Assembly (NCBI GenBank): GCA_951406725.2
Contig: OX597834.1
Span: 14,322,001-14,386,000 of the forward strand
Source: Octopus vulgaris
Taxonomy: Eukaryota
Direction: 5' to 3'
Length of the DNA: 64,000 bases
Shown piece by piece: positions 42,693 to 56,425 of this stretch. The translations under genes and the position numbers were made by a program. Numbering within the stretch: the first letter of the stretch is position 1; every line of letters starts with the position of its first letter. Below the pieces are notes generated by a model. It saw only the letters and a list, made by a program, of their open reading frames with translations. It searched no databases and was not told where the DNA came from.

Positions 42693-42845
42693 GTATACGA
42701 CGGGCTTCCTTCAGTTTCCGTCTACCAAATCCACTCACAAGGCTATAGTGGAAGACACTTGCCCAAGCTACCATGCAGTGGGACTGAATCCGGAGCCATG
42801 TGGTTGGTAAGCAAGCTACTTACTACACAGCCACTCCTATGCCTA
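42445..42845 (-). mobile_element. SINE family A (with small deletions)
   Basis: actcttttacttgttt...ttcagtttccgtctaccaaatccactcacaagg...cacagccactcctatgcc. Confidence 0.9.
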
Positions 42846-42859
42846 TCCTTACCACACAG

Positions 42860-42950
42860 CTACAAATGCAAAACAACACCACGGAGGAATCAACATGAGC
42901 TTAAATAATAAACCGCGATAGGTGAACCGCGATATGGCGAGGTATTACTG
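42860..42950. mobile_element. Tigger/pogo-like terminal fragment
   Basis: ccgcgataggtgaaccgcgatatggcgaggtattactg is the reverse complement of the TIR type at 27754. Confidence 0.7.
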
Positions 42951-43584
42951 TGTGAGATGTTACATGTATGGTATTGCTATGTATAAGATATTCCGCGTAG
43001 CGTAGGATAAGTATATTAACAACGGTAAATACTTCACGGATGGAGTTTTTATAGTTTGCTATATAGGTTTCAGAATATGTTCTTGTAAGGGATCACCTAG
43101 CCATAAAAAAAAAAAAGGATTTACATACACGTAATTATATCATGTAACATATAATGGTATATGAATATGTGACATGCGAGCGTGTCCAAGAGTTGGATAT
43201 TGCTCTCTGTCATTTAGTGTTTTCGAAATTTATTTCAGAATCTGATAACAAAAAAAAGGCATGCAAGAGAAATATGTCTCGAACGATTATGAACATGAAT
43301 TAAATAGAGAAAAACAGAGCAAAAAAACTCCATCTTTTTTCCTACTATGACATATATTTCAATTATTGTACGACAAGTAGTTGTGTGTGTGTTTGTATAA
43401 ACGTAAAGTACATATACACAAGCTGAATGCGTTTTTCATTCGTATCTGTTCGTTTCTCTTTCTGTTAAGACACATGATCATTGCATCAGTAAAATAATAT
43501 TAGACGAAGTGTTTATAATTTAGAATGTACAAACGTAAAAATAAGTTGTCTCAATAAAATATTCACTGCGTATTTTTTATCTGA

Positions 43585-44985
<1,401 letters not shown>

Positions 44986-45195
44986 TGTTATTATTTGTTC
45001 GTTTGTTTATTTTATTACTTTTGATGATTTCTATTAAAATTTTCTCAATATATTTACCTATATTTGCCTATTTAACTATCTCTTACCTGTCTCTGACTCT
45101 CTCTCATTATATTTGTCTCTCTCTTTCTATATATATGTATGTATGTATGTATATATGTGTGTATGCGTGTGTGAGTTTATGTATGTATTTACGCA

Positions 45196-45296
<101 letters not shown>

Positions 45297-45394
45297 GTGT
45301 GTGTGTATATAAATATATACATATTCATACACACAAATAGATACACAGACAGACAAACAAATATATATATATACGTATATGTGTGCACGTATGT

Positions 45395-45530
45395 ATTTCT
45401 TTACTACCCACAAGGGGCTAAACACAGAGAAGTCGACCTCGGCGGAATTTGAACTCGCAACGTAACGGCAGACGAAATACGGCTTCGCATTTCGCCCGGC
45501 GTGCTACCGTTTCTGCCAGCTCGCCGCCTT
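45395..45530 (-). mobile_element. SINE family C, internally deleted, with 15-bp target-site duplication
   Basis: TSD tgtgtgcacgtatgt at 45380-45394 and 45530-45544; Meta-like core missing. Confidence 0.85.
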
Positions 45531-46199
45531 GTGTGCACGTATGTGTGCACGTATGGGTGTAATATACGTGCTTATGTAGCACATAAGATATATGTGAATG
45601 TTTGTTTTATATATAAAGAGAATACATAGAGAGTGGGTCAGCACATATTAGAGACTGTATGTATATATGCATGGAAATATATAATGGTAAGTTCCAGGGA
45701 TACAAGTGAAGGAAGTTTCTTGTTGTCCATGACAAGCATAGAAAGCAATAAGTGAACTGTGTACGTTGACGAACAATAAAAATTCTATTGGCGTACAATT
45801 TTATCTACTTTTTGCAATATCGATATTACGAGAAAATTCGATAAGCTGAAAGTTTCTGTATAGCTCAAGGTTATAAACTAGAGTTGCTATTAATAAGAAA
45901 GAAAATCCAAAATAAGGGAGTAGAAGAGTTGAAATCCTACATATGTTTCCTCGCTGGCTGATTCTCTGATATACTTATTATCCGATGAGAGTTGCTGAGC
46001 TAGCTACTCATCAAGCCGAATGTACCTTCATTATATTAAGGTTACATTGTCATTCGACAATCTCATGTTGATTCGCCGAAGATGTGATTTGAAATGAGGA
46101 GAGAATGAGAATAAATAAAACAAATGTTTGAAGAATTCATTGGCGCGGAATGTTACACACTTTTTCTCATAGGAGTAGGAGTAGCTGTGTGATAAGCAT

Positions 46200-46431
46200 A
46201 AGGCGGCGAGCTGGCAGAATCGTTAGCACGACGGGCAAAATGCGTAGCCGTATTTTGTCTGCCGTTACGTTCTGAGTTCAAATTCCGCCAAGGTCGACTT
46301 TGCCTTTCATCCTTTCGGGGTCGATAAATTAAGTACCAGTTACGCACTGGGGTCGATATAATCGACTTAATCTGTTTGTCTGTCCTTGTTTGTCTTCTCT
46401 GTGTTTGGCCCCTTGTGGGGAGTAAAGAAAT
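46200..46431 (+). mobile_element. SINE family C, full length, nested in reiterated SINE A heads
   Basis: aaggcggcgagctggcagaatcgttagc...gagttcaaattcc...gcctttcatcctttcggggtcgataaattaagtaccag (Meta-domain-like)...gtaaagaaata. Confidence 0.9.
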
Positions 46432-46471
46432 AGGTAAGCATAGGCGTAGGAGTGGCTGTGTGGTAAGCATT

Positions 46472-46690
46472 ATCGTAGGAGTGGCTGTGTGGTAAGTAGG
46501 TTGCTTACCAACCACATGGTTCTGAGTTCAATCCCACTGCGTGATACCTTGGGCAAGTGTCTTCTACTATAGCCTAGGGCCCACCAAAGCCTTGTGAGTG
46601 GATTTGGTAGACGGAAACTGAAAGAAGCCCGTAACATATATGTGTATCTATCTATCTATCTATCTATCTATATATCTATCTATCTATCTA

Positions 46691-46739
<49 letters not shown>

Positions 46740-46974
46740 GTATATGTACATTTGTGTGCATATGCTTTTATGTCTGTGTTTGTCCCCCAAATTCACTTGA
46801 CAAGCGATGCTGGTGTGTTTACGTCCCCGTAACTTAGCGGTTCGGCAAAAGATACACATAGAAGATTACTAGGCTTAGAAAGAATACGTCTTGGGGTCGA
46901 TTTGCTCGATTAACAGGCGGTGCTCTAGCATGGCCGCAGTCAAATGATTGAAACAATTAAATGAGTAAAAGAGT
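46472..46974 (+). mobile_element. SINE family A, full length
   Basis: Head cgtaggagtggctgtgtggtaag, core ccttgggcaagtgtctt, tail gagtaaaagag. Confidence 0.9.
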
Positions 46975-47235
46975 ACAAATGACATTGCCTTCTGCAATAA
47001 TTTTCTAGTTAATTACTCTCTTTTACTCTTTTACTTGTTTCACGCATTTGACTGCGGCCATGCTGAAGCACCGCCTTTACTCGATAAATCGATCCAGGGA
47101 CTTATTCTTTGTAAGCCCAGTACTTATTCTATCTGTCACTTTTGCCGAACCGCTAAGTGACGGGAGCGTAAACACACCAGCATCGGTTGTCAAACAGTGC
47201 TAGGGGAACAAACACAGACACACAAACACACACAC

Positions 47236-47370
47236 ATCCATTTCCCGAGGACCAAGAGTGGTACGCACAGCATCTGCCACAACTTGACAGGCCAGAATGT
47301 TACTAAGGATTTGGGGCTTTCCTTGAGAGGAATCTGTGCCCTCTTTTAATAAAATGATTGGAGTTTGCAA
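47236..47370 (-). pseudogene. CCT7: Fragment of T-complex protein 1 subunit eta (chaperonin CCT7), N-terminal 45 codons; start codon reads TTG
   Basis: Translation (L)[44 protein letters not shown], closely matching the conserved CCT7 N-terminus ([37 protein letters not shown]). Confidence 0.9.
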
Positions 47371-47441
47371 AATTGCAAATTATCTCTTTTACTGCCGGCT
47401 TTGTCGGTAGAGTTAGTAAGATGGATTCGGCAGTAACCTCT

Positions 47442-47496
47442 TAGTTTATCCATTCTCCGAGGACCAAGAGTGGTACGCACAGCATCTGCCACAACT
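47442..47496 (-). pseudogene. CCT7: Second, shorter CCT7 fragment ([18 protein letters not shown]) lying upstream of the first
   Basis: 49-nt direct repeat 47236-47284 / 47448-47496, offset 212. Confidence 0.85.
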
Positions 47497-47497
47497 G

Positions 47498-47543
<46 letters not shown>

Positions 47544-47754
47544 TACGACAGGCTTCTTTCAGTTTCCGTCTACCAAATCCACTCACAAGGCATTAGTCGG
47601 CCCGGGGCTATAGCAGAAAACACTCGCCCAAGATGCCACGCAGTGGGACTGAACCCGGAACATGTATACACGTGTCTATAAATAGGGGCATTTACATGCA
47701 TTCATGCACATACTTATAAGAATATATTGATGTTTACACACTTGTTCATAAATA

Positions 47755-47841
47755 TGTATGTACACATGCCTATATGTGACAACTTACAAAATATGTAAAT
47801 CCCATATTTTCCCATTTATGCACGCAGGCATCCACGTACGC

Positions 47842-47905
<64 letters not shown>

Positions 47906-47943
47906 ACGCATATATACCTATATCTACATATATGTAGATATAT

Positions 47944-47985
<42 letters not shown>

Positions 47986-48010
47986 GATATATACATATAT
48001 TTATGTATAT

Positions 48011-48058
<48 letters not shown>

Positions 48059-48146
48059 TTGTATGTACACATGCATATATGTGACAACTTACAAAATATG
48101 TAAATCCCATATTTTCCCATTTATGCACGCAGTCATCCACGTACGC

Positions 48147-48215
<69 letters not shown>

Positions 48216-48285
48216 TATATACATATATTTATGTATATACACACACACACATACACATATATATATATATATATATATATTTGTG
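47755..48285. repeat. ~305-bp tandem duplication including microsatellites
   Basis: tgtatgtacacatgc.tatatgtgacaacttacaaaatatgtaaatcccatattttcccatttatgcacgcag.catccacgtacgcg at ~47755 and ~48060. Confidence 0.9.
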
Positions 48286-48819
48286 TTTAAATACACCATG
48301 TGTATGTTTATGAAGGGATATAGCTATATGGATGCATAAATAGCTCTCGAGAATGCCTATAAATACACGCCGTTAGACAATTACAAATAATTCTATAGAA
48401 TTTAGTAAGTCATGCAGTATTTATTTATATAAATCAATATAAGAATGTGTGAATCTGGAAACATAAATAACTTAATTCTCTCTTTTTTTTTTTTTCTTTT
48501 AACACTCCACGAATGAACTATAACAAAAAGCATGCACTTATTCATTTAACAAAAGAATGATATTATTCCGCACTAGCAATTGTTTTTTTCGGCGCCCATA
48601 ATGAAACTAACAATGGATTGATTAGCAAACGTAGAAGGGGAAAACAATTGCAAGAAATAATCTGTTGAATTATTCGTCAGAAATTCTGAATGTAAGAATT
48701 GAATTCAGATATATTGTTGCTTGAAATAAATGTACTACATGCCTGCCTTGACAGCGAATTAATGAGTAATAACATATATTCGTTGGGAGTATTCATGGTT
48801 CCACTTCCTTCGTATTTTT

Positions 48820-49050
48820 TTTACTCTTTTTTTGTTGTTGCAGTGATTTCACTGCGTCCACACTGGAACACCACCTTAAAGGGTTTTTTAGTGGCAGAAA
48901 TCGACCCCAGGGATTATTATTTGTAAGCAAAGACGTATACTATCGTCGCTTCTGCCGACCTGTTTGTTAATTTACAGGGATGTAAACGCACCAACCTCAG
49001 TTGTCAAGTGATGGTGGGAACACAAACACAGATACGAGGATAGACACACA
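48820..49050 (-). mobile_element. SINE A 3' half, diverged
   Basis: aaatcgaccccagggattatt...gggatgtaaacgcaccaacctcagttgtcaag. Confidence 0.7.
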
Positions 49051-49065
49051 TAAATACATACATAC

Positions 49066-49235
49066 GTGTAGAAGTGGCTGTGTGGTAAGTTGCTTGCTTG
49101 CGAACCACGTGGTTCCGAGTTCAGTCCCACTGCGTTGCAATTTGGAAAAGTGTTTTCTGCTATAGCCTCGAGCTGACCAAACCCTTGTGATTGGAAGTGG
49201 TAGACGAAAATAGAAAGAAGCCCGTCGTATATATG

Positions 49236-49266
<31 letters not shown>

Positions 49267-49500
49267 GTGTATGTGTGTGTGTGTGTGTGTTTCTGAGTCT
49301 GTGTTTGTCCCCCAACATCGCTTGACAACCGATGTTGGTGTGTTTATGTCGCCCGTAACTTAGGTGGTTCGGCAAAAGAGACCGATATAATTAGTACAAG
49401 GCTTACAAATGATAGGACCTGGGTCGATTTGCTCGAGTAAAGGCACTACTCCAGGATTGCCACAGTCAAATGCCGGAAACAAGTAAAAGAGTAAACGAGT
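49066..49500 (+). mobile_element. SINE family A, full length
   Basis: Head gtagaagtggctgtgtggtaag, tail aacaagtaaaagagtaaac. Confidence 0.9.
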
Positions 49501-49539
49501 TTACTTGCATCATTTAAGAAATAGGTATAAAATGAATAC

Positions 49540-49712
49540 AACCAACCTTAGTAAGCTAAGTTGAGTACTATATATAATAGGCGAAAATAAATGTGACTTT
49601 TGTGTGAAAGAAACGTACCAAATTTTGACTTATAGATTTACTCTTAAAAACACTAGACTAAAACGGATTACGAACTGCCCACACTGGATTAATTATACGT
49701 TTAAACGATTTA
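49540..49712 (+). mobile_element. Probable Penelope-like element C-terminal remnant
   Basis: Translation KCDFCVKETYQILTY..NTRLKRITNCPH resembles the C.LC..EK..I...LNKR.E...CRH tail of PLE GIY-YIG domains. Confidence 0.45.
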
Positions 49713-49894
49713 ATGAAACATAACTTACCATCTATAATGATTATACTACTTAAAATAATGCGAAGGCTTATGGCTCAGTGTTTAGAGCGTAGATGTTTAG
49801 TAAACGTTGCTACTTTTACCCTTCTGGAGATTGTGAGTGTGTATATGTATGTGTGTGTGTGTGTGCCTATGTGTGTGTATGTTTGTATGTGTAT

Positions 49895-50060
49895 ACGACG
49901 GACTTCTTTCAGTTTCCGTCTAAGACATCCACTCACAAGGCTTTGGTAGGCCCAAGGCTATATTGTAGAAGATACCCACCCAAGTTGTCACGCAGTGCGA
50001 TTGAACCCAGAACCATGCGATTGGGAAGCAAACTTCTTACCACATACCCACGCTTGCGCA
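49895..50060 (-). mobile_element. SINE A 5' half
   Basis: ttctttcagtttccgtcta..atccactcacaaggctttgg..gaacccagaaccatg. Confidence 0.8.
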
Positions 50061-50264
50061 TTTATATATATATATATATGTATGTGTATATATGTGCCTG
50101 TGTTTACGTGTGTGCGCGTCGTTGCGCGTGCTTTTCTGGTTTTGGAACAGCGAATTCCTTTGCACATAAAACTGTAATAATAAACTCATGCAAGCATTGG
50201 ATCAGAATAAATCCTATGGATACAAAATGTAGGATACTGGCCATAAAACAACCGTCTTACGTAG

Positions 50265-50744
<480 letters not shown>

Positions 50745-50747
50745 ATT

Positions 50748-50779
<32 letters not shown>

Positions 50780-51184
50780 CGTAATATATACATACAAACA
50801 TACATGCATACATACATACATAGATACATACATACATACATACATACATACATACATACATACATACATACATACATACATTCATACATACATACATACA
50901 TACATACATGCATACATACATATATATGCGTATAAAGACGGATTCAGTATTACATGCTCATTGGAGGATAAAGAATATCAATTTTTTTTTCCAGTCTCCT
51001 GATTTTTATATTACTCTGCAGAAATTATTTTCCAGTATATTCATTTCTTATGCATATCTCCCATAAATATAACAACTACATACGGATTTGGAATACTGAA
51101 ATAAGCAGTTGTGTTTCAAGAAGTCACAACATGGACGTTAATCCTATCAGCATTATATATAAGTATTTGTGTGTGTGTGTAAAT

Positions 51185-51348
51185 GCATGTGGCCCGTTGG
51201 CGAGTTCTTCTCCTTCTTTGGACTTCCGACGTAGAGCTATGCTCGAAACTTTAAACTCCTTCCTTTCACCGAGCGTCAAGCTAATATACTTATTGTGCAC
51301 GTCATCACGTATTTTTACTTCCTTCTTTGTTGTTATCCGTTTATTTTA

Positions 51349-51350
<2 letters not shown>
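51185..51350 (+). mobile_element. Diverged family D copy
   Basis: ccgttggcgagtt..ttCCGACGT-a-GAGC-tat-GCTC-GAAAC-tttaaac..gagcgtc..tgcacgtcatcacgt. Confidence 0.7.
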
Positions 51351-51409
<59 letters not shown>

Positions 51410-51411
<2 letters not shown>

Positions 51412-51613
51412 TGACCTCGTGTGTACCGTTGACGATTGTTTTTCCTCTGTCTTCCCTTCTCTGGATCTTTCCTTCTATGTTTCCGACGAAGAGCTCCGCT
51501 CGAAACGTTAAACCCTCCTTCTTTCCTTCCTTCCTGAGTGTCCAATAAAACTATATTTGTTCCACGTCCTCGCGTTGTTGTGTGTGTGTTTTTGTGCTTT
51601 CTTGTTTTGATTA

Positions 51614-51617
<4 letters not shown>
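51410..51617 (+). mobile_element. Family D repeat, full unit with hammerhead-like motif at 51479-51513
   Basis: gttt-CCGACGA-a-GAGC-tcc-GCTC-GAAAC-GTT-aaac; ends gattaac+(TA)n. Confidence 0.85.
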
Positions 51618-51692
<75 letters not shown>

Positions 51693-51977
51693 GTGTATGT
51701 CTGCGCGTGTGTGTGTGTGTGGCTGGGTGTATTCACATGTGCTTGTGTGGAAGCTTATATCTGTGCTAGGTTTAATGGATAGCAACACTATACAATAAAA
51801 TATTAAAATGATTTACTTAATGATATGTCTGCCATTTCTTGATAATTATATTCACGTTTACAATTATTTATTAATTCATATTTTTATTTAGGTTGATAGA
51901 CTGGTTTATTTCGACTTTTATCAGCGAGTGTTTTAGTTATGATTCAGTTATTTGTACAAAAGGCGGATTGTCGATGT

Positions 51978-52644
51978 CAGTGTTTCTCAACTAGTGATCC
52001 ATATGACCCCAGGTTGTCTATATGAGAATTTTAGGGCTCCACGCAAGCAAAATAAAAAATTAGGGATCCACGCTTGTATAATAATGATTCGTGGAAAAAC
52101 TTACTTTAGATGCATTTATAACAACACACAGCAATGTTTCTTTTTCAAACGCATTTCTTTGTTCAGTCGACGCGTGTTGACATGTGAAAAACAGAATAGG
52201 CACAAGAAGGACTGTTGGTAAGAAGCTTGCTTACCAATTGCATGATTCCACCTCGGTCTGGTGAGGCCTAGTACAGTCGCAGGCCGACAAAAGCCTTGTG
52301 AGTGGATTTGGTAGACGGAAACTGAAAGAAGCCCGTCGTATATGTTTGTATGTATTTGTGTGTCTGTGTCTGTCCCATCACCATCGCTTGACAACCGATG
52401 TTGGTGTGTTTACTTCACCGTAACTTAACGGTTCGGCAAAGAGGCCGATATAAGAAGTAGTAGATTTACAAAGAATAAGTCCTGAGGTCGATTTGTTCGA
52501 CTAAAGGCGGGGCTCCAGCATTGTCGCAGTCAAATGACAGAAGCAAGTAAAATAATATGAATATTGAAAGAAATATTTATAAAACTACTTAGCCTAAAAC
52601 CGTAATCAAATAATCCATAGACGAAAAATAGTCCAGAACCACTT
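51978..52644. mobile_element. Probable hAT/Charlie-like MITE interrupted by a SINE
   Basis: Left end cagtgtttctcaac; degenerate right end gtccagaaccactt (10/14 match to its reverse complement). Confidence 0.45.
52198..52552 (+). mobile_element. SINE A variant with substituted core
   Basis: cacctcggtctggtgaggcctagtacagtcgcaggccgac replaces the usual ccttgggcaagtgtcttctactatagcc. Confidence 0.85.
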
Positions 52645-53462
52645 GTCTGTATAATTCATTATTCATTAACAAATTACTGCCAGTGCCTGCTTCAATCCGT
52701 ACTGTAATATAATTCGTATTAGATAATGTATTCTAGAGCGCCAAATGAAAGCAAACCAAGACATTATCATATCAGTTATTATCTTAAGTATTATTAAGGC
52801 AGCATGTTGACAATGTTGTTAGAGAATCAGAGAATGAACCTAAAATTCCACAAGACATGATTAGCAGCATTTCTTCCACGTCATTATCTTATGAAGTCAA
52901 AATCCACGAATGTTCACACATCTTTTCCTTTTTTCGAAATCGATAAAATATACATATATATATATATATATATATGTTCCCCATTAAAAACAATGTAATC
53001 GGCTTGCATGCTGAAAATAACTGCTGGCTTTTTGCTAAACTTTGACTCTATCATTTTGCGTATGTTAGATCATCGTCGCCAACGCAGACAAATTCAGAAT
53101 TGTGTTTTCTCTTACTATTTAACACACTTCAAATTGCCAACTGAACCAACTAAGACTTCTGTTTGTCGGTTGCAATATCGCGACCACAATACAAATAATG
53201 AATAACTCACTATTTTTGTTATATCTTTTCCCCTACATTTAATTTCATTCTGTTACTCAAAAGTCTTTCGTTGCCATTTTTCTTATAAATATTCTAACAT
53301 ACACAGAAACAACGAACCGAACAAAATCGTAATGTTTTCATTGGAATAATCAAAGGTGATGCAAGTTGATCCAAGCCCCGGTCTACATCCGTATTAGGGC
53401 GTCAGAATAATTCCTGCGAGAATGCAAAGAGCTGCTAATATGGGTACAGTCATAATATGGGT

Positions 53463-53575
53463 ACGGGCTTTTCTAAGTTTCCGTCTACCAAATCCACTCG
53501 CAAGGCTTTCGTCGGCCTGTGGCTGTACTAGGCCTCACCAGACGGAGGTGGCATGCTGTGGGACTGTGCCCGGAA
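53463..53575 (-). mobile_element. SINE A variant 5' fragment, inverted relative to 52198
   Basis: gtcggcctgtggctgtactaggcctcaccagacggaggtgg. Confidence 0.8.
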
Positions 53576-53998
53576 TATGAGGTAAGACATGCGATATAAG
53601 AATACTAGTCATCCTTTGTTAGGAAGCGTACATCTTTGAGACTTCATTCAGGAAATTAAATTGACATTTCTATCAGACAGAAGCGTATATATGTTCTACT
53701 AACCACGTAACCGTGTGATGAATGAATATTCTATTAAATAACGACACGTTATACTAGCATATAGCTTATAAATGTTTCGCTTCCTCATTAAGCACATAAT
53801 CATTTAAAGCACGCTGGAAAAGCAGCGACTTCCTTGAGATCGATACAATGACCATTTGGCCAAGCGATAAGCTCTCTCGTTTACTTTTCTTATTTAATAC
53901 TATTTAGTTATAGTTTCTAGAAAAGGTAAATGGCGTGAAACGTTGAACAATTTTGTGTGAAATTTACCCCTCCTTAATGTCAATATAGTAAACGTATA

Positions 53999-54390
53999 GG
54001 CGCAGAAGTGGCTGTGTGGTAAGTAGCTTGCTAACCAACCACAAGGTTCCGGGTTCAGTCCCACTGTGTGGCATTATGGGCAAGTGTCTTCTTCTATAGC
54101 CCCGGGCCGACCAATGCCTTGTGAGTGGATTTGGTAGACGGAAACTGAAAGAAGCCTGTCGTATATATGTATATATATATGTGTGTGTGTCTGTGTGTAT
54201 GTTTGTCCTCCTAGCATTACTTGACAACCGATGCTGGTGTGTTTACGTCCCCGTCACGTAGCGGTTCGGCAAAAGAGACCGATAGAATAAGTACTGGGCT
54301 TACAAAGAATAAGTCCCGGGGTCGATTTGCTCGACTAAAGGCGGTGCTCCAGCATGGCCGCAGTCAAATGACTGAAACAAGTAAAAGAGT
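53999..54390 (+). mobile_element. SINE family A, full length, close to consensus
   Basis: All modules intact; tail ggcggtgctccagcatggccgcagtcaaatgactgaaacaagtaaaagag. Confidence 0.92.
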
Positions 54391-55584
54391 ACTCCTATCT
54401 TAAATCGACATAGTTCTTCTATATCATATCTCATATTTCTTCTATATCTAACAGCGGAGGCAACGCAAGATTTTCCAATTATTTTCGCTAATGATGGCTT
54501 TACCGCTTAATTAAAATATCTGATTATTTCACAAATAGCATTAGTATAAATGAGCCAAGTGACATTGGGATACATCTACCCCATCTCTCTCTCACACACA
54601 CAGACAAAATTCATTTGTCATCAGTTTCACAATGAGTTTTAACATCACCAACATTTTTTCTCTCTCTCTCTCTCCATACATATATCTATCTATCTATCCA
54701 TCTATCTTTCTCTCTCGCTATCTATATATCTATATATCTCTCCCTCAGTTACCCTCTGCCAATATATCAAACATATCTATGTAATATGACCTATCACTGT
54801 GGCGTTATCATTTCTCAACGCACATTTATACTATTACATCCATAGCTCTGCAAATATCAAATTGTTTGCCGTGCTCAGATGGTGGTATCAACAAATCTCT
54901 AGGTGATTCCATAATTCAATTAGTCTTGAAAGATTCGTCACCACTTCCTCACATATAAAGAGAGCTGTTATTATAAATATCGCCACAAATCCTCTTTATC
55001 GAATTACCTAACCAGGGATTCATTTAATAAACGATTTATAATCTACTCTCATGTCTCAAACGAGCTGATTCTAACAGTCAGCTTCTCACATACCTCCCAT
55101 AAATTTCCTCATTGTTTCGCTATCAAATTCCTCCTCAGTAACTATACGGAATATCCGACAACCGTAAACAAATCGAAGTCAAGGAAAATGTCACCGATGC
55201 AGATTTTTTAAAGTCTTTGTTGAGCGAATCGGGAAGCTGGTACTAATGCGATTTCACAGAGCACAAACCACCTCAGTGAAGCCAATGATTATATCCCGTC
55301 TCCTTCCTTGACATGATCCTTCCATTGTGTTTTATCATGCGAAGATACACTTCTTTGAAGCCTGTCATCCGACGGATGTATTATACTTGTGGCATTCCCA
55401 CAAAAATTCCTGAAGTCGAATCACAAGATTAATCCCTTGTGACATCACAAAATGACGTGCATATACCCAAGGAAAAAAGGGGCCAACTTTTCATGTACGT
55501 GATTGAAAGTCATGTTTCTCCTTTCATACAGTCATACGCATAAACACGCGCACACACATGTAGATACGTATATATATATATTTA

Positions 55585-56250
55585 TATGTAAATAAAAAAT
55601 AACTTATTTACATAAGTTTCAACATCATTTCTTCGATGCAATATAAGGGTCCCTGTGTTCATGCCATTTTTGGAATTCGGACTTGGAGTCGTTTTCCGTA
55701 AGCAAGTCGAGGACCTTCTGTGATTCGCTCAGGATCTTAACAGGGGTGTTAAAACGGAGACCCTTGAGTAGTATTTGTATCTTCGGGGAAGAGCTGGAAG
55801 GTAGCGGGTGATAAATCTGGCGAATAAGGCGGGTGCTGCCGAAGCGATACTATGTTGGTTTTTGGTGAGAAACTCACAAGTGAGGAGAGACAGGAATCAT
55901 TAAAAAGACAAATTCAAAGAAATACATTCTTTGCGCAAGATAAATCCAGTCGTTTTCGCCGAATGTCCTCTCTCAAACGATTGAAAACATCACAGCAGAA
56001 CAGTCGATTGATGGGGTAGCCCTGGGTTGTCGAATTCTCTATGCACAAACCACATTTCCTGGGTTGGTGTTCGTTAGGATTTCCAGATCACTCATCGACA
56101 TTCAGGGACTTTCTTCCGTTTTTTAAGTCTCCACATCACTCAAATCATTGCGTGCGATCCATTGCCTCTTCGCCATCGACTTACCAAAACATGCTTAATT
56201 ATTCTCTTGTAGACTTCTCAACTCTAACGTAAAATATCACGTGTGTTTTT
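55585..56250 (-). mobile_element. Mariner (Tc1/mariner) transposon remnant, internally deleted
   Basis: Minus-strand translation QHPPYSPDLSPATFQLFP (core at 55806-55835) is the mariner signature; N-terminal HTH-like KNGRKSLNVDE.SGNP near 56080-56130. Confidence 0.85.
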
Positions 56251-56286
56251 TTACCTGTCCTTGACAAAACCGCAGACTACAGACTA

Positions 56287-56425
56287 CGGCGGGCTTCTTT
56301 CAGTATCCGTCTACCAAATCTACTCGCAAGGATTTGGTCAGCCCGAGGCTATAGAAGAAGGCACTTACCCAAGGTGCCACGCAGTAGGACTGAACCCGGA
56401 ACCATTTGGTTCGCAAGCAAGCAAC
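56287..56425 (-). mobile_element. SINE A 5' half
   Basis: cgggcttctttcagtatccgtctaccaaatc...ggactgaacccggaacca. Confidence 0.85.

Larger units (their letters stand above)
47013..47662 (-). mobile_element. SINE family A interrupted in its internal microsatellite by a CCT7-derived insert
   Basis: 3' half 47013-47235, 5' half ~47544-47662. Confidence 0.9.

Noticed and set aside
47236-47370. Functional CCT7 exon
   Set aside because: Start is TTG, the conserved Gly is mutated, it ends abruptly in a SINE microsatellite with no donor site, and I saw no other CCT7 exons in the window.
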